DNA of 64,000 bases from Terriglobia bacterium (GTDB lineage: Bacteria; Acidobacteriota; Terriglobia; 2-12-FULL-54-10): the NCBI GenBank assembly GCA_963666975.2, contig CAXVYR010000004.1:928001-992000 (forward strand). Reading direction: 5' to 3'. The notes beneath the pieces are model-generated. The model worked only from the letters and a program-made list of their open reading frames with translations. It searched no databases and was not told the DNA's origin. This document shows, piece by piece, positions 29,036-38,746 of this stretch; positions within the stretch are counted from its first letter, which is position 1; the number at the start of each line of letters is the position of its first letter. A program made the translations under genes and the position numbers.

Positions 29036-31597
29036 ATGGCGAAGATGAGAATTAATGAATTGGCCAGGGAGCTGGAGGTCAAAGCGAAAGCGATCATCGA
29101 CTACCTGGCGGAGGCCGGAGTCGAGGAAAAAAAATCACACTCCAGTTCGATTGAGGGTGATCTGGCCGAAAAAGTAAAAGCCCACTTTCAGCAAAAAGAG
29201 GAAGAAGCTGGGAAAGCGGCTTCCCCCGAACCGGAAGCGGCTCCCAAGGCTCCTGAGGCGGTAACTCCCGAAGCGAGTGCGCCCGTTCCGGTGGAACCAG
29301 CCAAAGCAATCCAGCCACGGGAGGTCCCGGGTGAAGCGCGGACCGCCCTGCCACCCCGGAAGCCGGTCGCCACGGAAGCGGCCCCGGGACGCCGAACCCC
29401 TTTGCGCCCTCCCATCCGCTCACAAGGCGCGCCGAAACCTGTACAGCCACCTCCTGGCCGTACCATTTTGGAGCCAAAGCCGCCGCCTAGCCCTGTCGGT
29501 CGTCCCGGCATCGCGCCGCCCGGGTCAGCGGAAAGGCTAGCCGCCGTCGGCAAGGTGGCCGGAAAACGAAGCGCTCCTTTGGGGCCGGCCAAGCCGGGAG
29601 AGCCTATTTACTCCAAGCGCCCGATCCATCCTGCAGGACGGCCCTCCAGAACCTCCGGGGCTCCTGCGCCGGGAAGGCCCCCAATGCAAGGGGAGCCGGC
29701 CCGGCGTGGCATGCATCCGGTCCGAGGCCGCCCTCCGGGCGCGCCGACGCGGGGAGAGCGGGAGCGCCGCGCACAGCAATCTCGCGATCGTTCTCCGCGC
29801 GTGGTGGCGCCTCCCAAGCCTCCGCCTCCAATAGTCATCGACAAGGAAATTACGATTACCGAAGGCATTACGGTTAAGGACTTGTCGGAAAAGCTGGGGC
29901 TCAAAGCCCGCGACCTGATTCGCCGGTTGCTGGATATGGGAATCTTAGCCACCATCAACCAGACTATGGACCCGAGCTTGGCCGAGCAGGTGGCAAAGGG
30001 CTTCGGGGCTGGAACCACCATCGTCAGCTATGAAGAAGAGGCCATGCAGCAGGTGGAGTTGGAGGAAACTCCTGGAAAGTTGCTGGCGCGCGCGCCCGTG
30101 GTCACGGTGATGGGACATGTGGATCACGGAAAGACTTCGCTGCTGGATGCGATCCGGGAGACGAATGTGACGGCGCGAGAAGCCGGAGGGATCACGCAGC
30201 ATATTGGCGCCTATGCCGTCACAACCAACGGGCGGAAGATCGTTTTTGTAGACACGCCGGGACACGAAGCCTTCACCCGCATGCGCGCTCGCGGGTCGAA
30301 GATTACCGACGTTGTGGTGCTGGTGGTCGCGGCCGACGACGGGGTGATGCCGCAGACGCTCGAGGCCATCAACCATGCCCGCGCGGCCAAGGTGCCGATC
30401 CTGGTCGCGATCAACAAGGTGGACAAGCCGGACGCCATGACGGACCGCGTCAAAAAACAGCTTTCCGAGCACAGCTTGGTTTCCGAGGATTGGGGCGGCG
30501 ACACCGTCACGGTCGAGGTCTCCGCCAAGGAAAAAAAGAACATCTCCTTGCTGCTGGAAATGATCTTGCTTGTGGCCGATTTGCAGGACCTCAAAGCGAA
30601 TCCCGAGCGTCCGGCCCAGGGAACCGTTATAGAGGCGAAGCTGGACAAGGGCCGCGGCCCGGTCTCCAGCGTGCTTGTGCAGAACGGCACCCTGCGAGTG
30701 GGAGACTCATTTCTGGTGGGCGCTGTCTTCGGGAAGGTTCGCGCCATGCTGGATGATCTGGGCATGCCCGTGCGGGAAGCGCCGCCGTCCACCCCGGTAG
30801 AAGTTCTCGGCCTGCAATCCTTGCCCCGGGCGGGAGAGCACTTTCAGGTGGCTTCCGATCTCGCCAAAGCGAAGCAGACCGCCCTCTACCGCGCAGGGAA
30901 ACTGCGAGAGATCAATCTCGCCAAGTCATCCCGCCTGACTCTGGAGCACTTGCACGATCAGTTGAAGACCGGCACGGTGAAGGAGCTGCCCCTGATTTTG
31001 AAGGCCGACGTGCAGGGATCGGTGGAGGTTTTGTCGGAATCGCTGACCAAGCTCGGAGGAGAACAGGTCAAGACCAAAGTGATTCACGCAGGCGTGGGGG
31101 CCATTAACATTTCCGACGTGTTGCTGGCATCCGCCTCCAATTCCATCATCGTTGGTTTCAACGTGAGGCCGGAGAAAAAAGCAACCGAGCTGGCGCAGCA
31201 GGAAAAGGTGGATATCCGCCTCCACACCGTCATCTACAACGTGACAGACGAAATGAAGAAGGCCATGCTGGGATTGATGGAACCGACTCACAGGGAAGTT
31301 ACTTTGGGCAAAGCCGAGGTTCGCCAAACCTTCCGCATTGCCAAGATGGGGGTGATCGCGGGATCCCAGGTGTCGGAAGGCCGCCTGACCCGTGCCGCTT
31401 CCGTACGGTTGCTGCGGGACAATGTGGTCATCCATGAAGGCCGCATCTCCTCGCTGCGCCGTTTCAAAGAAGACGTGGCCGAGGTGAAGAACGGCTATGA
31501 ATGCGGCATCATGCTGGAGAACTTCAACGATGTCAAATTGGGCGACGTCATTGAAGCTTTTATACTGGAAGAAGTTGTTGCCGAGGTCCTGGTATAG
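29036..31597 (+). CDS. infB: Translation initiation factor IF-2
   Basis: GHVDHGKTSLLD, DTPGHEAF and NKVD; Pro-rich N-terminal linker. Confidence 0.98.
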   Translation: MAKMRINELARELEVKAKAIIDYLAEAGVEEKKSHSSSIEGDLAEKVKAHFQQKEEEAGKAASPEPEAAPKAPEAVTPEASAPVPVEPAKAIQPREVPGEARTALPPRKPVATEAAPGRRTPLRPPIRSQGAPKPVQPPPGRTILEPKPPPSPVGRPGIAPPGSAERLAAVGKVAGKRSAPLGPAKPGEPIYSKRPIHPAGRPSRTSGAPAPGRPPMQGEPARRGMHPVRGRPPGAPTRGERERRAQQSRDRSPRVVAPPKPPPPIVIDKEITITEGITVKDLSEKLGLKARDLIRRLLDMGILATINQTMDPSLAEQVAKGFGAGTTIVSYEEEAMQQVELEETPGKLLARAPVVTVMGHVDHGKTSLLDAIRETNVTAREAGGITQHIGAYAVTTNGRKIVFVDTPGHEAFTRMRARGSKITDVVVLVVAADDGVMPQTLEAINHARAAKVPILVAINKVDKPDAMTDRVKKQLSEHSLVSEDWGGDTVTVEVSAKEKKNISLLLEMILLVADLQDLKANPERPAQGTVIEAKLDKGRGPVSSVLVQNGTLRVGDSFLVGAVFGKVRAMLDDLGMPVREAPPSTPVEVLGLQSLPRAGEHFQVASDLAKAKQTALYRAGKLREINLAKSSRLTLEHLHDQLKTGTVKELPLILKADVQGSVEVLSESLTKLGGEQVKTKVIHAGVGAINISDVLLASASNSIIVGFNVRPEKKATELAQQEKVDIRLHTVIYNVTDEMKKAMLGLMEPTHREVTLGKAEVRQTFRIAKMGVIAGSQVSEGRLTRAASVRLLRDNVVIHEGRISSLRRFKEDVAEVKNGYECGIMLENFNDVKLGDVIEAFILEEVVAEVLV

Positions 31598-31659
31598 GAA
31601 GGCTCCAGCTTCTGCGGCCCGGAATCCGGCCGGAATTTCCGCGCGAGCCTTCCGAGAAG

Positions 31660-31941
31660 ATGCCAGTTGGGATACTCACCCTGGAAATTCATCTGCCATA
31701 CGCACACTCCTTGAAAGAAAAAAGGGTTGTGGTGCGGAAGATCAAGGACCGCCTGCGGGCCCGGTTTAACGTGGCCGTGGCGGAGCTGGATCATCAGGAG
31801 TTGTGGCAGCGGGCCGTCGTGGGCGTGGTCTCCATCTCCAGTGACCAGCAGAACCTGGAGACCGTCATGGAGGATGTCCAGCGCGAATCGGAGAAGGTGC
31901 TGGGCGGCGACTTGGTGGGAACGGAGTTGAGTTTCTTCTGA
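31660..31941 (+). CDS. DUF503 (YlxP-like) protein
   Basis: HSLKEKR..RFNVAVAE..QELWQR; standard position between infB and rbfA. Confidence 0.9.
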   Translation: MPVGILTLEIHLPYAHSLKEKRVVVRKIKDRLRARFNVAVAELDHQELWQRAVVGVVSISSDQQNLETVMEDVQRESEKVLGGDLVGTELSFF

Positions 31942-31983
31942 AGCAACGACAGGACATGCGGAGGCCGGAAACAAGGATCGGCA

Positions 31984-32337
31984 ATGCAAGAACGCACCAG
32001 ACGCGCAGAGAGAATGGCTGATCTCATCCGCCAGGAACTGAGCGAGTTGCTGGAGCACAAGCTGAAGGACCCGCGAGTTGGCTTTGTCACCATCACGGGC
32101 GTGGATTTTTCCGGGGACCTGCGCACGGCCCGCGTATCTGTCAGCATCCTGGGGGACGAAGAGCAGAGGAAACAGAGCCTGAAAGGGCTGGCGGCGGCGA
32201 AGAGTTTCCTGCGCTATCAGTTGTCACATCGGCTTCGCCTGCGGCACACCCCGGCAGTTGAGTTTCAACTGGACCGGACACTGGAATCGGAGGAGCGGAT
32301 CGAAGAACTGCTCCGGCGCGTGCGGGATGAATCCTAG
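31984..32337 (+). CDS. rbfA: Ribosome-binding factor A
   Basis: KDPRVGFVTIT and LRLRHTP..F.LD. Confidence 0.96.
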   Translation: MQERTRRAERMADLIRQELSELLEHKLKDPRVGFVTITGVDFSGDLRTARVSVSILGDEEQRKQSLKGLAAAKSFLRYQLSHRLRLRHTPAVEFQLDRTLESEERIEELLRRVRDES

Positions 32338-32351
32338 GGGGCTGCTACTCT

Positions 32352-33257
32352 ATGGACGGCGCCGTTATACTGGACAAGCCGAAAGGAATTACCTCCCATA
32401 CCGCCGTGCAACGCGCGCGGCGTCTGCTGTCGGAACCCCGCATCGGTCATTTAGGAACGCTGGACCCTTTTGCCACGGGCGTTCTAGTCCTGCTTGCGGG
32501 CATCGCCACCCGTCTGGCCCGATTTTACCGGGACCGGGAGAAAAGCTATGAAGGGATCATTCGGTTTGGCTACTCCACCGACAGTTTCGACTGCACGGGG
32601 ACGCCCACCTCTCCCCGGCAGGAGCCATGCCTCGATGCCGGTGAGCTTCGCCGCCTGTTCGGGGAGTTTGTCGGAGCCATCGACCAGCAGCCTCCGCCGT
32701 TTTCCGCGAAGAAGGTCGGCGGCGTCCGGGCCTATCGTTTAGCCAGGAAAGGGGAGGAGCCGCGGCTGTCACCGGTCCGTGTATGCGTTCACGCACTGGA
32801 GTTGCTTTCCGTCGAGGGTCCGCTGGCGGCCTTTCGGGCGCGCGTTTCCTCGGGGACTTATATCCGCTCGCTGGCGCACGATTTGGGAGAACGAGTGGGA
32901 GTAGGCGCTCACCTCGCCGAGCTGCGGCGAACCGCCGTGGGAGAGTTTGCCGTTGCCGATGCGGCTGATTTGGCCCAACTGGAGGACAGAGTCCGGCAAG
33001 GTGAGGGCAGGAACTTTCTGATCTCGCCGGAGAACCTGCTTCCGGAATTTCCGGCCGTTGCCCTGGAACCGCTGGCCGCCCGGCGGGTATTGCATGGAAA
33101 CAGCCTGGAGATCCAGTCGGCTTCTCCGTGGGTGAGGCTGCTTCACGACTCCGGCAAATTGCTGAGCATTGCGGAGCGTGCCGGAGAGGGTCTGTTCCAC
33201 CCCGTTGTAGTTTTCAACCGCAATGCGGAATCGGAACCTGCCGGTTCTCTGCGGTGA
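32352..33257 (+). CDS. truB: tRNA pseudouridine(55) synthase
   Basis: DKPKGITSH, GHLGTLDPFATG and SSGTYIRSLAHD. Confidence 0.96.
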   Translation: MDGAVILDKPKGITSHTAVQRARRLLSEPRIGHLGTLDPFATGVLVLLAGIATRLARFYRDREKSYEGIIRFGYSTDSFDCTGTPTSPRQEPCLDAGELRRLFGEFVGAIDQQPPPFSAKKVGGVRAYRLARKGEEPRLSPVRVCVHALELLSVEGPLAAFRARVSSGTYIRSLAHDLGERVGVGAHLAELRRTAVGEFAVADAADLAQLEDRVRQGEGRNFLISPENLLPEFPAVALEPLAARRVLHGNSLEIQSASPWVRLLHDSGKLLSIAERAGEGLFHPVVVFNRNAESEPAGSLR

Positions 33258-33450
33258 CGTTCTCCGGAGACCTGCCGGTAGAACGCTGCTGCGCTTTTTA
33301 GGGCTGCCTGCACAGGCTGCCGGGAGGATTGACTGAATGCGCACAAGGCATTTCCCTTGCTCTTGTCCCGGCTGCGAGTCCATGATATAAAAGGGTTCAT
33401 TTCGTGCGTCAGTGGGCCAGTGGGCGAAATTGCCCGCTTTTGGGGGACTT

Positions 33451-34032
33451 TTGAGTTTTATCAATTTTGCCGCCAAGGAAATCAACTGCAAGCTGGTGTA
33501 CTACGGGGCGGGTCTCGGCGGAAAAACCACCAACCTGGAGAAAGTCTTCGAGATGTCTCCCAACAAGGGGAAGATGATCTCGCTGGCGACCGAGACGGAC
33601 CGGACTTTGTTTTTTGATTTTCTGCCTCTGGATTTAGGCACTGTGCGCGGGTTCAAAACGCGCTTCCATCTCTACACCGTTCCCGGACAGGTTTTCTACG
33701 ATGCCAGCCGCAAGCTGATCCTGCGGGGCGTGGATGGAGTGGTGTTCGTGGCCGACTCGCAGGAAGAGCGGCTGGATGCCAACCTGGAAAGCATTGAGAA
33801 CCTGGAGGAAAACCTGAAAGAGCACAAATACGATTTGATGACCATGCCCTACGCCTTGCAACTCAACAAGCGGGACCTGCCCAACATCCTGTCCGTCGAA
33901 GAGCTGAAAAAAGAGCTTTGCCGAAAAGACGAGCCGGTGCTCGAGGCGGTGGCCTACAAGGGCGTCGGGGTCTTCGAGACGCTCAAGGAAATCTCCCGCC
34001 TCGTGCTGGCCGAACTGCAAAAGGGCGGCTAG
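33451..34032 (+). CDS. mglA: MglA-family small GTPase
   Basis: [39 protein letters not shown] and NKRD; TTG start inferred. Confidence 0.92.
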   Translation: MSFINFAAKEINCKLVYYGAGLGGKTTNLEKVFEMSPNKGKMISLATETDRTLFFDFLPLDLGTVRGFKTRFHLYTVPGQVFYDASRKLILRGVDGVVFVADSQEERLDANLESIENLEENLKEHKYDLMTMPYALQLNKRDLPNILSVEELKKELCRKDEPVLEAVAYKGVGVFETLKEISRLVLAELQKGG

Positions 34033-34070
34033 CCGTTCGTCCAAGAAACTCCACTAGCGGCTTCCTTCCC

Positions 34071-35489
34071 TCAACGCTGGCTGGCTTCCCGCTTCTTCTT
34101 GCCTTTGATCCCAATGTTCAGGCGTTTGATCTTTTGGTTCAGGGTGGACAGCGGTATCTGGAAGCGCTCGGCGGCTTCGGTCTGGCTGCCGCTGGTTGTC
34201 TCCAGCATTTCACTAATAACCCGCCGCTCGCAGTCCTCGATAATCTGAAACAGCGGAGCCTGCGGCTGACCTGCCGGCGCGGGAGAAAAACGCCAGGCCT
34301 TTTTGCCATTGCGGGCTATGGTTTCCGGCAAAATATCCGGACCTGCCTCGGCGTTCGGAGAAAGAATCACGGCCCGTTCCACCGCGTTTTCGAGCTCCCG
34401 AACATTGCCCGGCCAGTCGTAGTCCATCAGGATTTTCATTGTTTCCGGTGAAAAGGTTCGCAGAGGCTTGGCGTTCTCCTCGGAGTATTTTCGGAGGAAG
34501 TGATCTGCCAGCAGAGGAATGTCCTGCTTCCGTTCTCTCAAGGGAGGGAGTTGGAGGTTGATGACGTTCAGCCGGTAGAACAGGTCTTCGCGAAACTTTC
34601 CCTCCTGGACGAGGCGGAGCAAGTCCACGTTGGTGGCGGCCAGGATGCGCACGTCCACCCTCACGGTCTCGGTGCTGCCCAGGGGGATGAACTCCCGCTC
34701 CTGCAGGACCCGCAACAGCTTGGTTTGGGTATCCAGGCCGACGGTTCCGATCTCGTCGAAAAACAGGGTGCCGCGGTCCGCCAGCTGAAAAAAACCCTTC
34801 TTGGAAGCCACCGCGCTAGTGAAAGCTCCCCGCACGTGCCCGAACAAAATGCTTTCGAGCAGGTCCACAGGCATGCTGCCCGTGTTGACCGGCACAAAAA
34901 GCTGTTCGGCCCGGGGACTGTTGGTGTGGATCGCCTTGGCGATCAGTTCCTTACCCGTGCCGCTCTCGCCCTGAATGAGGATGGTCGCCCGGCTGGGCGC
35001 GATCTGCGTGACCAGTTCAAAGAGCTTCAGCATCGGGTCGCTTTTTCCCACAATCTGGGAAAAGTTGTAGCGCTGCTTGAGGGCTCGCTTCAGCTCGTGG
35101 TTTTCCTCCGTCAGCCGCTGTTGCTTTACGATGCTTTCGATTTCCGCCACTAACTTTTCGTTGTCCCAGGGCTTGGTGACGTAATTGCGAGCGCCGAGGC
35201 GCATGGCCTGGACGGCGTTCTCCACCGACCCGTAGGCCGTAATCATGACCACGGCCAGCGAGGCATCGGCGGCGCGAAGCTCCGGGAGCAGGTCCAGCCC
35301 GCTTTTGTCCGGCAGGGAGACGTCGAGCAGGACCACGTCAAACGGCTTCCGCTCGAGCCACTGCAATCCCTCGCCGGCGTTTGCGGCGGACTCAATCTCG
35401 AAGCCTTCCAGGGAGAACAGCGTCTCCAGGCTTTCCCGGATCTCCGGCTCGTCGTCGATCAGCAGCAGAGAACCTTTCGATTCAGGCAT
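34071..35489 (-). CDS. Sigma54-dependent response regulator (REC-AAA+-HTH, NtrC family)
   Basis: REC domain, GESGTGKE, GAFTSA, FFDEI and WPGNVREL. Confidence 0.95.
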   Translation of the reverse strand: MPESKGSLLLIDDEPEIRESLETLFSLEGFEIESAANAGEGLQWLERKPFDVVLLDVSLPDKSGLDLLPELRAADASLAVVMITAYGSVENAVQAMRLGARNYVTKPWDNEKLVAEIESIVKQQRLTEENHELKRALKQRYNFSQIVGKSDPMLKLFELVTQIAPSRATILIQGESGTGKELIAKAIHTNSPRAEQLFVPVNTGSMPVDLLESILFGHVRGAFTSAVASKKGFFQLADRGTLFFDEIGTVGLDTQTKLLRVLQEREFIPLGSTETVRVDVRILAATNVDLLRLVQEGKFREDLFYRLNVINLQLPPLRERKQDIPLLADHFLRKYSEENAKPLRTFSPETMKILMDYDWPGNVRELENAVERAVILSPNAEAGPDILPETIARNGKKAWRFSPAPAGQPQAPLFQIIEDCERRVISEMLETTSGSQTEAAERFQIPLSTLNQKIKRLNIGIKGKKKREASQR

Positions 35490-38370
35490 GCACTGCTTTC
35501 CTCAGAATCGGGAACTCCAGCCGGAATCGAGTGCCCAGCCCCTGCGGGCTTTCCACCTGAATTTTCCCGGAGTGTTCATGGATGATGCCGTAGGAGACGG
35601 CCAAGCCGAGGCCCGTTCCGCGTCCTGTGCTCTTGGTGGTGAAAAAAGGATCGTAGATGCGTTTCAGATGTTCCGGAGGGATGCCAATCCCCGTGTCGCT
35701 GATCTCAATGCGCAGCGAGGAGTTTTCCGCCCACGTGGTGATGCGGAGCCGTCCGCCCTCCGGCATGGCGTCTTTGGCGTTCAGGAACAGGTTCAGGAAG
35801 ACCTGCTGCAGTTTGTCGCTGTTGCCGGTAATGGGGGGCAGGTCCGGCTCCAGATGGCTTTCCACCATTATTCCGGCAGGCTGGAACTGGTGCTCCAGCA
35901 GAAGGAGCGTCTCCCGGATGATCTGGTTGATCTCCAGCGCCGAGAAGGATGCGCCCTTGGTGCGGGAAAAGTTCAGAAGACTGTTGACGATCTGGGAGGC
36001 GCGAAACGTCTGGCTGATAATTTTTTCGAGAATCCGGGAATGCTTGTCGCCGGGACGCAAATATTTGGCCAGTATCTGGGCCTGGGTGGAGATGACAGCC
36101 AGAGGAGTGTTGACCTCGTGCGCCACTCCGGCGGCCAGCAGCCCGACCGAGGACAGTTTTTCCGACTGGGCCAGTTGCATCTCCAGTTGCACTCGGTCGG
36201 TTACGTCGTCAAAGACAATCAGCCGCCCGATCGATTCGCAGTCCTGGGACAAAAGCGGCGCGATGGCGATGTTCAACACGCGCTCCTCGCCGTTTGCTCC
36301 GCGCACCCGGTGCTGATGCAGGTTGTGAATGCCTTCGTCCTCGCGGAGACGGTCGAGCTGCTCGGCAAGCTCCGCTGGAAGAATCTCCGCTAATTTTTTG
36401 CCTCGGGAGTCCTTGCGGAAGATGGGATAGATCATCTCGAGCGGCGTGTTCACCGCCTCTACGCGGTCTTCCAGGTCCACTGCCAGCAGTCCCACGTTGA
36501 CCGATTCCAGGATGTTTTCGCTGAACTGCTGCAGCCGCTCGTACTCGCCTGCCTTGGCGGCGAGCGATTCAAACAGCCTGGCATTCTCGACGGCGACGGC
36601 CAGATAGCCGGTGAGCGTCTCCACCAGCGCCACATCCTCTTCGGAAAGAAGCCCGCCTTCCTCCGTTTCACCCAGCCCCAACACGGCCACCGTGCAGTTC
36701 TTGGCCCGGCACGGAAAGTAGTAGTGCAGTTCCATCCGGGAGACGGCGGACTGCCAGGAGGGTTCCTCCAGCCCGCTCTGCCCGCAGTCGCCAAAAAACA
36801 GCCGGTTCGGCCGGGTCTTCTCCGCCGGGGAGCCGGGCTTGTCCAGCAATTGAAGAAAACCGAGGTCGGGCTGTTCCGGCGCCGCGAGCCCCACAGACTT
36901 GTGCAATGCGAAGGAGCCCTTCGCCGCCGGCAGAAAGACCGCCGCCCGGTTTATTTTCAGGGTGTGGATCAACTGATCGAGCAATGCGCCGATCATGCGG
37001 TCCAGGTCGGTCTCCGAACTCAACTCGCGTCCGAAGGCCAGCAACGCTTCCCGGTAGTCATACCGGTTCCGGAGGAAATACCTCTCCAGCTTGGCGCGAA
37101 TCAAGCTGGCGAGCGGCTGAAACAACAGGCCGGTCGCGATGACGGCCAGTACCAGCCCCAGAGTGCCCGCAGCCGGAAAATTCGTGCGGAAGAAGTCGCC
37201 CGCCAGCGCCGCCACAGCCAGATAAACGCCCACCAGCACTCCTGTCGCCAGCGTGCAGGCTATTCCTCTTCCCAGGATGACATCCACGTCCAGCAGCCGG
37301 TGTCGGATCATTGCATAGGAAAAGGCGAGGGGCAAAAAGATCAAAGACAGGGCCGAAAGGTTCATCCACTTGCCGGGTATGATTCCCCAAAAATACGGCG
37401 CCGCGTAGATCGCCGCGAAGGGCACTATCGCCAGCACGGAGCCTCCCAGCACCCAAAGCATCTGCTTGCGAATCACTACGGAGTGCGCCTTCCGATGGGC
37501 TGCCGCCAGCAGGCCGATGCCGGCCAGGAACATCACGACCAGGTAGCCCATTGCCAGACGGTCCAGCAGCTCCCGGACCTCCACCAGCGGCGCCGCGAAG
37601 CGCAGCAGCCCGGAGGCTGCGGCGAGATGCGCCGTCCACAACACCGCAGCAGGTCCATAGATCCACGCTAAAGTTGGGGCCAATATCCGGTTCGGATGCT
37701 GCAGCCCGCTGCCGTGCTGTTGTTTCCTGCCGCCCCCGTGCTGGGTCTGCGGATAAGCCAGGCAGAAATGAGCGAACAAAGCCGGTTGCAGCAAGAGAGC
37801 CGTTACGCTCGTCCAGTAGATGAACCAGTCAAAGGTATCCAGTTTGCCCGTGTAAGAGTACGCGAACAGGATGAAGGAGGTCAGGCAGAACAAGTAAAAG
37901 TGTGTTGCGCGCGGAGCCGTAAAGCGGCGGAACAACACAAAAAGACCCATCAGCAGATACAGCACTCCAACGATCTGCAAGTAGCTGCGAACGCCAGCCG
38001 CCTGCTGCTGTGCTTCCAGGATTACCCCGATCTCCATCGGCGCGCTCTGCCCTTGCCGCAGCACTTGATACCGGCCGAGGGCTCCAGCGCCCAGCCCGAA
38101 CACCTGCCGGCTTACCTCCGCAGTGGTTGCGACAGACTGCCCGTTGATGCTGAGCAGCAGATCGCCCACTTGCAGTCCGGCGGCGGCGGCCGGGCTCCCG
38201 GCGGCGATATCGCGAGCCAAGACCCCGTTCTGGAAATCTACCCAGACGACACCGTCATCAGGAAGCCGGTATTCCCGTTGCTGCCATAGATTCACAACTC
38301 CTGCCAGGACCCCTGCCAGCGTCAGCAGAACCAGCACAATGAGTTGGAGATCAACCCGGAGAGATCGCAT
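35482..38370 (-). CDS. Multi-TM sensor histidine kinase with PDZ, GAF and PAS domains
   Basis: SPAAAAGLQVGD (PDZ), many TM helices, AHEVNTPL (H-box), NAKDAM, DTGIG, FFTTK and GTGLGL. Confidence 0.93.
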   Translation of the reverse strand: MRSLRVDLQLIVLVLLTLAGVLAGVVNLWQQREYRLPDDGVVWVDFQNGVLARDIAAGSPAAAAGLQVGDLLLSINGQSVATTAEVSRQVFGLGAGALGRYQVLRQGQSAPMEIGVILEAQQQAAGVRSYLQIVGVLYLLMGLFVLFRRFTAPRATHFYLFCLTSFILFAYSYTGKLDTFDWFIYWTSVTALLLQPALFAHFCLAYPQTQHGGGRKQQHGSGLQHPNRILAPTLAWIYGPAAVLWTAHLAAASGLLRFAAPLVEVRELLDRLAMGYLVVMFLAGIGLLAAAHRKAHSVVIRKQMLWVLGGSVLAIVPFAAIYAAPYFWGIIPGKWMNLSALSLIFLPLAFSYAMIRHRLLDVDVILGRGIACTLATGVLVGVYLAVAALAGDFFRTNFPAAGTLGLVLAVIATGLLFQPLASLIRAKLERYFLRNRYDYREALLAFGRELSSETDLDRMIGALLDQLIHTLKINRAAVFLPAAKGSFALHKSVGLAAPEQPDLGFLQLLDKPGSPAEKTRPNRLFFGDCGQSGLEEPSWQSAVSRMELHYYFPCRAKNCTVAVLGLGETEEGGLLSEEDVALVETLTGYLAVAVENARLFESLAAKAGEYERLQQFSENILESVNVGLLAVDLEDRVEAVNTPLEMIYPIFRKDSRGKKLAEILPAELAEQLDRLREDEGIHNLHQHRVRGANGEERVLNIAIAPLLSQDCESIGRLIVFDDVTDRVQLEMQLAQSEKLSSVGLLAAGVAHEVNTPLAVISTQAQILAKYLRPGDKHSRILEKIISQTFRASQIVNSLLNFSRTKGASFSALEINQIIRETLLLLEHQFQPAGIMVESHLEPDLPPITGNSDKLQQVFLNLFLNAKDAMPEGGRLRITTWAENSSLRIEISDTGIGIPPEHLKRIYDPFFTTKSTGRGTGLGLAVSYGIIHEHSGKIQVESPQGLGTRFRLEFPILRKAVHA

Positions 38371-38746
38371 AAAGTTAAAATTTCTGAACTCAGGTCACTA
38401 GGGTGACACTACACAATGACACTACGCCTAGCGACTATCCATATAGCACGTGGATTTCCAATTATAGAAGCTAATGCAGGCATCTATCTCATTGATTTGA
38501 AAGTATATTATAAAGCAAAAGGAGGTTGGAAGAAAATTAATTATTAAAAATGGTAGGTGGAATATGTAAAATGGAAGCTGCCTCTATCCGTTCGACTAGT
38601 TTCACAGTAGGTGTAGCCATGGAATCCCAAGGAACCGAAGCCGAACCCTTTGAAAGGCAGCATTCCGAAGCGCCGCAATGTGCTCTACACCAACGATGAA
38701 ACGGGTAAAATTGTCAGCGCTGATCATGATGTCTTTGGGTGGTTGG

